Source: Fibrobacter succinogenes subsp. succinogenes S85
Lineage (GTDB): Bacteria; Fibrobacterota; Fibrobacteria; Fibrobacterales; Fibrobacteraceae
Length of the DNA: 32,000 nt
Reading direction: 5' to 3'
Assembly (NCBI RefSeq): GCF_000146505.1
Contig: NC_017448.1
Location: forward strand, 3,000,001-3,032,000
In this document: one piece after another, positions 14,677 to 22,876 of the stretch
Position numbering within the stretch: the stretch's first letter is position 1
How the letters are laid out: each line of letters starts with the position of its first letter
Made by a program: the position numbers and the translations under genes
Notes under the pieces: model-generated
Databases searched by the model: none
Seen by the model: only the letters and a program-made list of their open reading frames with translations
What the model was told of the DNA's origin: nothing

Positions 14677-17598
14677 TTATCGCAATCTGCGCAGGCCTCT
14701 TGGCATCGGGACTTCCTTACCGTTTTCCCCAAGCAAGTAGATGTTGTCGAGGTTGATGAATCCCTTGCCGCTATATCGGGCGCGGAATGCGAAGTTCTTG
14801 ATCTTGGTCGGGTCGAGTTGCGGAATCGTCTTGCCCCAACCTTCCTGCTTCATGTTTTCCCAGATGAGCGTGTCGCGAACCCAGTTGCCGCGTGTGTTCT
14901 TGAGGCGAACCATGAATTCGTCGTAGTCTTCGACCTGGCTTGACATGATTTGCAGTTCGATGTAGCCTTGCGGATTGTTGTGCGATGTGGCGTAATCGAA
15001 AACGATACCGACGGAATTCTTGATTTCTTCCGGCACGTTGTAGTAGGCTCCGGAGTAGTTCGGCCAACCGAGATTAGGCGGTTGTTCAACGATGAAATCA
15101 TGGCGGATGTAGCCACCGAGAGGCGGGTTGCCGTTGAAAACCTTTGCGTCCATCGAGGTGGCGTTGTCGCCATTTACGACCGGGAACCACGATACGTTGT
15201 CTAAACCGTTATCGAAGTTCTGCATCACGCTTGTGGTGCGGTAAGCGCCACGGACGCGGAACGGAATGTTGAACGATGTCTGTTTTTTGTTCTTGCCTGT
15301 GATGGTGACTTTAATTTCCTTATTGCCAATCGAGACTTTTTCGGTGAGCGGAATTTGCAAGTGGAAACTTTCGATGGAAGAATTCCATTTGCCGTCATCC
15401 GGTTTTGCCTGAACTGTGAGCGGGCCGTTCTTGTCCCATTTCTTGATTTGAATTTCAGCGCCGGCGAGTTCACCACCTTCTTGCACGGCGGTCACGAAGA
15501 GGTCAAGCGTATCGCCTACGACAAGGACTTTCTTTTCAAGTGCTGCGGCGAGAACTTCGGGAGCGCTGTTTTGCTGAGCCGGGTTCATGCGGACAACGAC
15601 AGTTCCAAACGGCGGCACTTCGATATCGCGATTCTTGCCTTCAATGCGGCGGCCGCTCGGACCCATTTTCGGGTACGGGTAAGCGTCGCGTTGGTCGCCA
15701 ATCCACTTGAATTGTTCTGCGCCAAACACGTCAACTTCTACGCGTGCGTTGCTCGGTTTTTTCTTTTCGCTCTTGCGGTCAACCTGCACAATTTGCTTTG
15801 TATCAGTGAGGTTCACGAGAAGCACGTTGCTGCTGTTGCCTTTGCAAATGGCGTAAGGCACGACTGATTCTGTAGTGCTCTTGACGGGAACGACTGCGTA
15901 ACCGCTTTCGAGGAATCGCTTGAATGTCATGTAGACACCGTAATATTCGGCGGTGGGTTCAAGGCTTGCCCAGCGGTTCCAAGAACCTTCCTTGACTAGA
16001 GCTGTCATGCTGATGACGCCCCACGTGTGGTCCGGACCTTCAAACACGTTGCCGAATGCATCCCACGGGAGTGCTTGGAAACGGTCGCCGAAGCGGACGG
16101 CGTACTGTGCGAAAATATTTGCCATGCCGGCGGCCTGCGGGTAGTCCATCCAGATTTGAGAGCCTTGTACGGAGGTACTGAATTCCGAGAGGAATACGCG
16201 GCGCTTGCCTTCAAGATACTTGTTCATCCAGGCGTTGAGCGTATCGGCGTTGTGTGCGACATCGAGGCTTGCCTTGAGCATGTCTGCGGCATTCAAGTTG
16301 TTCGAAGCCCAGTACGGATAAGTGTGCAAGTCAACGACGTCGAGATAGCGCTTGCCATCGGCCTTTTCGGCTTCACCGACGATACGCAAGAATTCTGCCA
16401 TCCAGTATTTGCCATCATTGAGGCCAGCGCCTTTTTGCTGCATCTTGTGCGTGCTGAGAAGCGGGCCGTGCAAGATGATGCTAGGGTCAACAGCTTTCAT
16501 GGCGCGTGCGTATTCGATAAAGCGTGCGGCATATTGCCTTGCCGAAAGTGGACCGGACTCTTCCCATTCTCCATCAAGTTCGTTGCCGATTTGCCATTGC
16601 TTGATGTTGTACTTTTTTACTTTGTTGGCGTAGCGCACCCAGGCGGCGGCTTCCTTAGAGGTGCCTGTGCCTGCATTGACGCAAATGACGGCTTGAGCTT
16701 TTTGACCATTGACAAGTTTCGGGAGCTTGTTGATGTAGGTCATGAATTCTTCGAAATGCCATTTGATGTTGGTCCAGTCGGTGCGAGGCTTATCGCCATT
16801 GCGGGTGGACATCGCGAAGAACTTGTAATCGTTCCCGGCAAGTAAATCGTCAGAACCGCTATAGAGCTTCATTTCTCGAATTTGCACGCCTTTAGACGGT
16901 AAGTCGGTCGTCTTGAATCGGAGTGCTACATAGCGTGCGCGCGTTGTGGCAAACTTGTACTTTGTTTCGCCGCTTGTGACCTTGACTGTACCCCATCTCT
17001 TTAACTTGTTTTCGAGATTCTGGTGAACGCCCGGGTATTCGGCGTATTCGTCTGTCCAGTATGAAAGATCAAAAGACTTCGGACGGAGATTGCCCCATTC
17101 GACGATGATTGAATCAAGGTCTTTCTTTTCAGGGAATTCAATGACAATCCAAGGCGGGTCTTTCGGGTCAAGGATTTCGCCCCACCACATGGTGCTCTTG
17201 TCGCCATCGGCAAGGTGACTGCGACGGATGAATCCGTAGTTGTCTTTGGTCGTGCCACGGTAAATTGTTTCGCCGAGGAATCCCGGAGCCCAGTCTTTGT
17301 CGCTTGGCGTCCAGAGACCGGTGCTGTCGTATTTGCCTGCGCCATTCCAGTGGTAGTCATTGCTCAAGCTACCGTTCGGGAAACGGAAAATGGTGTAGCC
17401 GCCATCGACGAGGGCGGGCGTCATGTCGTAATAGCGCGTAGGCGGATTCCAAATGGCAAGATCCGCGCCCATCATGTTCTGTTTGTTAATGACGATGCCC
17501 GGATGCGAGTCATCAACTTCGATGACGTTCTGGGCGGCGAACGCAGATGTCGCAGAAATAGCGAATGCCGTGCTGCACAAAAGCTGCTTAAATTTCAT
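14677..17598 (-). CDS. Secreted clan GH-A glycoside hydrolase (GH51/GH44-like motifs) with an inserted F5/8 type C (discoidin) domain and a C-terminal CBM11/CIA30-like domain
   Basis: 973 aa. Signal peptide MKFKQLLCSTAFAISATSAFA. RFPNGSLSNDYHWNG and WQIGNELDGEWE match the beta1 and acid/base NE motifs of clan GH-A. Discoidin-like segment: DGDKSTMWWGEI...PWIVIEFPEKKDLDSIIVEWGN...RARYVALRF. CBM-like C-terminus, then a short basic tail PRGLRRLR. Strong RBS GAGGAGG. Confidence 0.7.
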   Translation of the reverse strand: MKFKQLLCSTAFAISATSAFAAQNVIEVDDSHPGIVINKQNMMGADLAIWNPPTRYYDMTPALVDGGYTIFRFPNGSLSNDYHWNGAGKYDSTGLWTPSDKDWAPGFLGETIYRGTTKDNYGFIRRSHLADGDKSTMWWGEILDPKDPPWIVIEFPEKKDLDSIIVEWGNLRPKSFDLSYWTDEYAEYPGVHQNLENKLKRWGTVKVTSGETKYKFATTRARYVALRFKTTDLPSKGVQIREMKLYSGSDDLLAGNDYKFFAMSTRNGDKPRTDWTNIKWHFEEFMTYINKLPKLVNGQKAQAVICVNAGTGTSKEAAAWVRYANKVKKYNIKQWQIGNELDGEWEESGPLSARQYAARFIEYARAMKAVDPSIILHGPLLSTHKMQQKGAGLNDGKYWMAEFLRIVGEAEKADGKRYLDVVDLHTYPYWASNNLNAADMLKASLDVAHNADTLNAWMNKYLEGKRRVFLSEFSTSVQGSQIWMDYPQAAGMANIFAQYAVRFGDRFQALPWDAFGNVFEGPDHTWGVISMTALVKEGSWNRWASLEPTAEYYGVYMTFKRFLESGYAVVPVKSTTESVVPYAICKGNSSNVLLVNLTDTKQIVQVDRKSEKKKPSNARVEVDVFGAEQFKWIGDQRDAYPYPKMGPSGRRIEGKNRDIEVPPFGTVVVRMNPAQQNSAPEVLAAALEKKVLVVGDTLDLFVTAVQEGGELAGAEIQIKKWDKNGPLTVQAKPDDGKWNSSIESFHLQIPLTEKVSIGNKEIKVTITGKNKKQTSFNIPFRVRGAYRTTSVMQNFDNGLDNVSWFPVVNGDNATSMDAKVFNGNPPLGGYIRHDFIVEQPPNLGWPNYSGAYYNVPEEIKNSVGIVFDYATSHNNPQGYIELQIMSSQVEDYDEFMVRLKNTRGNWVRDTLIWENMKQEGWGKTIPQLDPTKIKNFAFRARYSGKGFINLDNIYLLGENGKEVPMPRGLRRLR

Positions 17599-17662
17599 TT
17601 ATCCTCCTCAAGAATGGGGTAGGGTTCACTCATGTTCAAAATGTAATAAAAGCGATTTTGCG

Positions 17663-18691
17663 TTAAGGCCTGATTCTAATGTTTGTTCTTCTTGATAGGA
17701 CTTTTTTGTTGACGATGTACAAGAGGTATGCCGCAAAAAATGAAATGAGCATGGTGAGAATGTTCGAGGAATCTTTATCGAGAAAGTCTATAAAATCAAA
17801 GAATAATTTGTATATAAATATGTGGCACAAATACAATTCTAATGACATTAGCCCGAAGATGGTAAATATTTTATCAATGGTTTTATATTTGTCAAAAAAT
17901 TTTGCAAGAAGTAAACACAGAACAGGAGTTATGATAATGTAGGGAAGGTACGCTAGGGAACAAGTTTGCAAGGCGTAGAAAAAATAGGTCTGGAATATAA
18001 ATAAAATAATTGTCGCGATAAAGGCGGCTGTCAATCCAATTGTTTTTAGCTTTTTGGTGAGTCTGATATTGCATCCGTCTTTTGCCCAATGCCCAAAAAT
18101 CGCGCCTATGAAAAAAATCGGAATCCTTGCATAAGTCAATATAATGAATCCCCCGTAGTTTTTGTTGTTATAGCAAAGAATACAAGTTAATGCGTAGATT
18201 AGCATTAAAGAAAGCCCCGCTCCGATAAAATAGAACGATGCTTTATACCCGTATTTTTTGAATAGCTTGAAGTAAACAGGGAATATTGCGTATAGGAATA
18301 CTATGCAAGAAATAAACCACGATTCGTCACGATACCCAATCCAATAGCCCAGTGTCGTTGCCTTGCATATCAATTGGTAAATGGCCCTAGTGCTAAAATC
18401 CATTTGCGCCAAAAAGACAACGCCAATCACAACCCAAAATTCTGGAAGAATGCGGAAAAAACGGCTCTTATAATATTTCTTTAAATTGAAGTTTTTTCTT
18501 GAAAGGGAATAGTAAAGTCCGAAACCGGACAAGAATAAGAAAATGTCTACGCCTCCATAACCGACGGACCTGAAAAAATCTATGATGTCGATATCTGTTG
18601 GGACGCGTAAATGAAACAGCATAATCCACAATATGGCAAAGCCCATTATGGCACTTCTGTGTTTTGACAATGTCTGTAGTATGCTGTTCAC
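17663..18691 (-). CDS. Acyltransferase family 3 (membrane O-acyltransferase)
   Basis: 342 aa, about 10 TM helices. N-terminus ...SAIMGFAILWIMLFHL...GVDIFLFLSGFGLYYS is typical of Acyl_transf_3. The DNA is strongly AT-rich. Confidence 0.75.
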   Translation of the reverse strand: MNSILQTLSKHRSAIMGFAILWIMLFHLRVPTDIDIIDFFRSVGYGGVDIFLFLSGFGLYYSLSRKNFNLKKYYKSRFFRILPEFWVVIGVVFLAQMDFSTRAIYQLICKATTLGYWIGYRDESWFISCIVFLYAIFPVYFKLFKKYGYKASFYFIGAGLSLMLIYALTCILCYNNKNYGGFIILTYARIPIFFIGAIFGHWAKDGCNIRLTKKLKTIGLTAAFIATIILFIFQTYFFYALQTCSLAYLPYIIITPVLCLLLAKFFDKYKTIDKIFTIFGLMSLELYLCHIFIYKLFFDFIDFLDKDSSNILTMLISFFAAYLLYIVNKKVLSRRTNIRIRP

Positions 18692-18731
18692 ATTATTAAT
18701 ATACTTGATTTTTCAGAAAAGAAGAGTAAAA

Positions 18732-19466
18732 TTATTTCTTCTTTGCAGATAACTTCTTGAATTCGGCGCGGGCCTTTTTCATGTCGGCGAGGAATGCCTC
18801 GTTATTGTGCAGACTCGCAAATGCGGCCGACACAAGAATCTTCGAAGCGTCCACATCGCTTTGCCAATGGAACCCTGCGATGACGCGGCTTTGTCCCCAT
18901 TCGTAGGCGTACTTCAGCAAGGCGTCTTGCGCAGCCGGGTTGATTTCCACAAGTATCATAGCCATGGACCATGCAAGAATTGTATGCCCTGACGGATATG
19001 AGCCGTTCTTTCTCAAAGTCTCTTCGTCTTTGGGGACGAGCGTTGGTTCGTTGAAACGGTCGAATGGACGACGCCTCTTGTAATGTTTTTTGGGAACTCT
19101 GCCCACCTGGCGCAGTGTTGCGATTCCGCGTTCAATGGCGTTCATGATGGCGGGCGTTTTCGTTGCTGAAACTTCCATGCCGAATGGCTCGCTGAACATC
19201 TTGACCATATCTTCTAGATTGTGCGTCGATTGGGCAATAGCGAGCGCGGCGCGAGCGGAGTCTGCGCGCATGGACTTGCCCCACATATATTGCGAAATGT
19301 CATACATAAATTGCACAGATGTTGTTTCGGGCGGTGCAGGATAGAAGTTGAGCGCGTTCGGGAGCGCGTCTGCATTGACGTACGGTTTGACATCGGCTGC
19401 GAAACTGCAAATAGTAGCTCCGCAAATGGCTAAAACGAAAATGGATTTTTTGAAAAGTGTGATCAT
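18732..19466 (-). CDS. Class A non-specific acid phosphatase (PAP2 superfamily)
   Basis: Signal peptide, plus the three PAP2 motifs KKHYKRRRPF, PSGHT and SRVIAGFHWQSDVDA. Confidence 0.85.
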   Translation of the reverse strand: MITLFKKSIFVLAICGATICSFAADVKPYVNADALPNALNFYPAPPETTSVQFMYDISQYMWGKSMRADSARAALAIAQSTHNLEDMVKMFSEPFGMEVSATKTPAIMNAIERGIATLRQVGRVPKKHYKRRRPFDRFNEPTLVPKDEETLRKNGSYPSGHTILAWSMAMILVEINPAAQDALLKYAYEWGQSRVIAGFHWQSDVDASKILVSAAFASLHNNEAFLADMKKARAEFKKLSAKKK

Positions 19467-19532
19467 ATTTTAAAGATATATTTTTGGAATGCAAGAGAAT
19501 GTTTGCTGTTTGACTTTTGTATGTTATACCAT

Positions 19533-20372
19533 ATGAAGTTTAGACTTGTTTTGAAAATTGCGTTACTAATTTTGCTTGTTCTGGTTGCAGGAACACTGTT
19601 CTTTCTGTACTATAATAATCGTATTCCTGAAAATGCTTTGGTGTATTATCGCATTAAAGATCACAAGGGTGATATTTCTGTATGGCGAGCCTCTAACTGC
19701 GAGATGAATGGGGATGAATTTCACTGTCATGCAGAGCAGTGTCCTGACGATATATTTAAAGGTAATCCGCGTTATCCGTTTTTTCGGAAATATAAACCGG
19801 ACACCAATACGTATCAAGATACGGCCTACATAAATTTAAATTTTGGTCTGTTTAAGAAAACGAGCTATATTCCTCGTCCTGTATATGCAAAATTTGACAC
19901 TGCTTATTTTAAAAAACAATTTGCCTCGGTAAAGAGAACTTTTCCTTGTTCTCATTCAAAAAAATTCTCGTCTCCTTATGAGTTGACGGCTATTGATTTG
20001 CCTAGAGGCGTGACTTTCTATGAAACAGGAAAGAAAAAAGACTCCAAAAAATCTGCAAAGTCAAAAGAAAAAAATGAACGCAAAGATTCTTTAAGCTCGA
20101 ATCTCAAAACGGCGCCGACAATACATTCTGTTTCTATTTCTTGTCCTGAGATGCATTCGTTTCCGCACTATACGTGTTCTTGCGACAATTATCCAACTTA
20201 TTGCGGGAATCCTAAATACACGAATATGCCTGCACTTCCAGAATCTCATTTTTATGCGATGGACGTATTGTCTTTGAGGGATAGCTCTTTCACTTGGAAA
20301 TTAATATACAAGACTCCGTACAGCGAAGCCGATACGCTGGAAGTTACAACGACAGTCAAGAAGAGAGAGTGA
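19533..20372 (+). CDS. Membrane-anchored Cys-rich protein of unknown function
   Basis: Start taken at ATG 19533 (MKFRLVLKIALLILLVLVAGTLFFLYY, an N-terminal TM anchor). Central Lys/Ser-rich linker. AT-rich DNA. No recognisable domain. Confidence 0.5.
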   Translation: MKFRLVLKIALLILLVLVAGTLFFLYYNNRIPENALVYYRIKDHKGDISVWRASNCEMNGDEFHCHAEQCPDDIFKGNPRYPFFRKYKPDTNTYQDTAYINLNFGLFKKTSYIPRPVYAKFDTAYFKKQFASVKRTFPCSHSKKFSSPYELTAIDLPRGVTFYETGKKKDSKKSAKSKEKNERKDSLSSNLKTAPTIHSVSISCPEMHSFPHYTCSCDNYPTYCGNPKYTNMPALPESHFYAMDVLSLRDSSFTWKLIYKTPYSEADTLEVTTTVKKRE

Positions 20373-20393
20373 TGTGTTTGGGTTCTGAGTTGA

Positions 20394-21404
20394 TTATATC
20401 TCCAAGCCTGCTTGTAACATGTACTTTTGTGCGAAGCAATTTGCCTCGTCATCTTTTTGCTGGTTCTTGTTGCCGTAATAGACGTTTTTGATAAAGATGT
20501 CCTTTTTGCCGTGAAGCACGATGTGGCCGAGTTCGTGGAAAAAAGTGAACCAGAATGCATTGCGATCTTTGAATCGGTCGTGCAACTGGATGACGGGAAT
20601 ATCCTTGTACCAACGAGCCATGCCGTGAATTGGTGCCGACTTGAAATTCTGTGCATACAGGATCTTGATGCCGAGCGTTGCGCCGAGCTCCTGCAACTTG
20701 CGCATGCCATCGTCGATAAAATCTTCGCCCACCTTCGGCTTGGGCAATGCCTTTTTACGACGTAATTCTTCCCACGCGGCAACATCGGTTTTGGCCAATT
20801 CTACAAATTTCGGCATGGCCTTTTTGATGGCGGAACGCAGTTTCTTGTCGTCTTGCTTTTCCATCTGGATTTCGTCAGCGAGGATTTCGCCACGGCGCAT
20901 CCACACAGAGGCTGCATACGGGTCTTCAGTCTCAGCAAGCGAGATGCGGAACGCAACTTTCAGACGGTTCTTATAATAGTAATCTTCCCACTCTTTGGGT
21001 GTAGGCACTCCGAAGAACTTGAGAATCGGCAAAATTACGTCTTCCTTATTGTCAAAATCTGCAATCCACTTACGCGGATTGAGTTCATTGATAGGGAAAA
21101 ACTTGCGCCAAACGGCTTGTTTCTTGAGAGATTTCTTGATTTTTTCACGCCAAAGATCCTCATCGTATTGCTTTTGCATATTAAGCCAACAATATTGAGG
21201 GATTCCCGTTCCGCATTCAAGGCTGTAAGCCATTTCTGTGGTTACGCGGCATTTTGCTTTCAGAAGTTCGTTTAAGGTCTTTGGAGTGTAGCCAATTCGA
21301 GCGGCGAAATCGTTAATATCCACATCCATTTCCTGAAGTTTTTCTTTAAGAATATTTCCGGGGGACGTTTTGCCCCACAAAACCAATTCTTTTTTTTCTG
21401 CCAT
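20394..21404 (-). CDS. higA: HigA-type HTH antitoxin fused to an ImmA/IrrE (COG2856) zinc metallopeptidase domain
   Basis: N-terminus PGNILKEKLQEMDVDINDFAARIGYTPKTLNELLKAKCRVTTEMAYSLECGTGIPQYCWLNMQKQYD is a HigA/XRE HTH. The C-terminus carries HExxH (FFHELGHIVLH) in an ImmA/IrrE-like context. It starts 11 nt after the higB stop. Confidence 0.75.
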   Translation of the reverse strand: MAEKKELVLWGKTSPGNILKEKLQEMDVDINDFAARIGYTPKTLNELLKAKCRVTTEMAYSLECGTGIPQYCWLNMQKQYDEDLWREKIKKSLKKQAVWRKFFPINELNPRKWIADFDNKEDVILPILKFFGVPTPKEWEDYYYKNRLKVAFRISLAETEDPYAASVWMRRGEILADEIQMEKQDDKKLRSAIKKAMPKFVELAKTDVAAWEELRRKKALPKPKVGEDFIDDGMRKLQELGATLGIKILYAQNFKSAPIHGMARWYKDIPVIQLHDRFKDRNAFWFTFFHELGHIVLHGKKDIFIKNVYYGNKNQQKDDEANCFAQKYMLQAGLEI

Positions 21405-21415
21405 ATAATTCCTCT

Positions 21416-21754
21416 CTATTTATGATAATCTACAATTTCTATGACTTCGGCTTCGGTAACTTCTGCCCAAATCACGGCCTTGTCCGGTTCTGCACCCCAA
21501 ATGATCAGTCTATAGGGTTGATCGAGGTCGCATGCCCATTGTCCTTTTCGATTGCCAACAAGCTCGTGAAAACGTCCTGGATAATGCAATAAATCAGCAA
21601 AATTTTCGGCAGAAATCAATGAAAAAATTCGATTTCTATAGCATATCGCTCGTTTCTTGCCCATTCGCCTTATTGCATAAGCCTCATCCGTTGCGCAGTG
21701 CTCTAACTCTTTATCTCTAAATTCTATTTTCAAGACACCCCCACCGTTAGCCAA
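21416..21754 (-). CDS. higB: HigB-family (RelE/ParE superfamily) toxin
   Basis: LKIEFRDKELE...LLHYPGRFHELVGNRKGQWACDLDQPYRLIIWGAE...VIEIVDYHK matches the HigB 'plasmid maintenance system killer' pattern. There is no ATG start: candidates are TTG at 21754, or TTG at 21733 preceded by GGGGG. Confidence 0.75.
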   Translation of the reverse strand: MANGGGVLKIEFRDKELEHCATDEAYAIRRMGKKRAICYRNRIFSLISAENFADLLHYPGRFHELVGNRKGQWACDLDQPYRLIIWGAEPDKAVIWAEVTEAEVIEIVDYHK

Positions 21755-21831
21755 AAATCCTATTTGTTAATATAATAAATATTTTTATGGAACGCAATGG
21801 GTTTGCTGCTTGTCTATTTTTTGATGGCTTT

Positions 21832-21981
21832 CTAGAGGACTTCAAAAGCGTAAGGGAAATGTTTGGTATGACGTCCGCGTTTGTCCTCAGCTTTTTCTTC
21901 TCCATACAATTCCGCCAAATCGCGATCTATCATGACCTGAACATCGCGTGTGACTGCGATGTTACCCTGTGCCAAATACGC
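21832..21981 (-). pseudogene. Possible remnant of an ORF6N-domain (KilA-N-related) gene
   Basis: The minus-strand open frame reads ...GNIAVTRDVQVMIDRDLAELYGEEKAEDKRGRHTKHFPYAFEVL*. It resembles the ORF6N N-terminal motif (I..IRG..VMLD.DLA.LYGV....L...V.RN..RFP.DFMF.L) and is truncated after about 49 codons. Confidence 0.3.
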
Positions 21982-22666
21982 CTAATTGAACGAAGAATCT
22001 GTATTTGAAATTTTTGGCGAAGTTCTTTTCAAAACGAATTCCCGCATCTAGGAAATGTCCAGATCTAGAGGGTCGTGCTGAAAAGCGCAAACTTAAATCG
22101 TTTGTGTAAGTAAAACTGCGCGCATGGAAACCTTCTTGAATTACATGTGTTGTAAAATGGTTTTGGACGTTAATGCCAAGCCATGAACCCGGTACAAGGG
22201 GGATGTAAACCATTCCGCACCAAAAAAAGAGCGGCGCCAAAACCAAAATGCCAGGGCCGCCTGATTCGGAACTCGTTATTTTGTTAGCAATAGCCTCAAT
22301 CCCATTGAAAAGAAACCATCCTCCTGCGGCAAATAAGGCGTCATCGGAAGCTCCGAAATCGTCAACCCTTAAATGGAGTGGCTCGTATCCGACATGGATT
22401 CTATATCCATCTGTAATATTGATTGATAAAACATCAAGAAAAGTAAAAATGGAAAAGTCAAATACATTAGGTGTCGCATAGCCGGCACTAAAGCCTAAGG
22501 CTCTAGGCATGTATTCTTCATTATGATGCTCAAGCATCCTGTCCAATTGCTCTTCTTCTGATAAGCCCTTCTTTTCTTGGGCCATGACATTACTGCAGAT
22601 GCAAAGGACTGCAATGCATATAACACGCTGCAGAAATTGTTGAGAATGTTTGCAAAGTAATATCAT
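21962..22666 (-). CDS. Secreted or membrane protein of unknown function
   Basis: 234-aa ORF. Signal-like N-terminus ...VICIAVLCICSNVMAQE. Gly/aromatic-rich segments with internal hydrophobic stretches. No motif recognised. Confidence 0.5.
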   Translation of the reverse strand: MILLCKHSQQFLQRVICIAVLCICSNVMAQEKKGLSEEEQLDRMLEHHNEEYMPRALGFSAGYATPNVFDFSIFTFLDVLSINITDGYRIHVGYEPLHLRVDDFGASDDALFAAGGWFLFNGIEAIANKITSSESGGPGILVLAPLFFWCGMVYIPLVPGSWLGINVQNHFTTHVIQEGFHARSFTYTNDLSLRFSARPSRSGHFLDAGIRFEKNFAKNFKYRFFVQLGVFGTG

Positions 22667-22876
22667 GCTTTTTAATATAACAAAAGCGTTTTGGGGTCTT
22701 AGGGGAGTCCCCTAGGCGAAGGGGTGATGGAAGACCGCATGGCGGGCTGCAATCAGGGGGATTCTTCCCCCCTTCCACTAGCCACTCTTATAGTCTTTTT
22801 CTATCTTACCGCGCACCGCCAGATGTCGTATTTCTGGGGAACCGGGCGAGAACCGCCCATGAAAAAGGAAATTATT

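Noticed and set aside
15355-16845. Several + strand ORFs (170-272 aa) inside the 973-aa GH gene
   Set aside because: They are antisense shadows with no motifs. The GH frame is continuous, with a signal peptide and catalytic motifs.
22724-22876. 51-codon N-terminal extension of thrS given by the ORF track
   Set aside because: ThrRS homology begins at MSQIELTFPDGS. The extension has no RBS and overlaps the structured leader.
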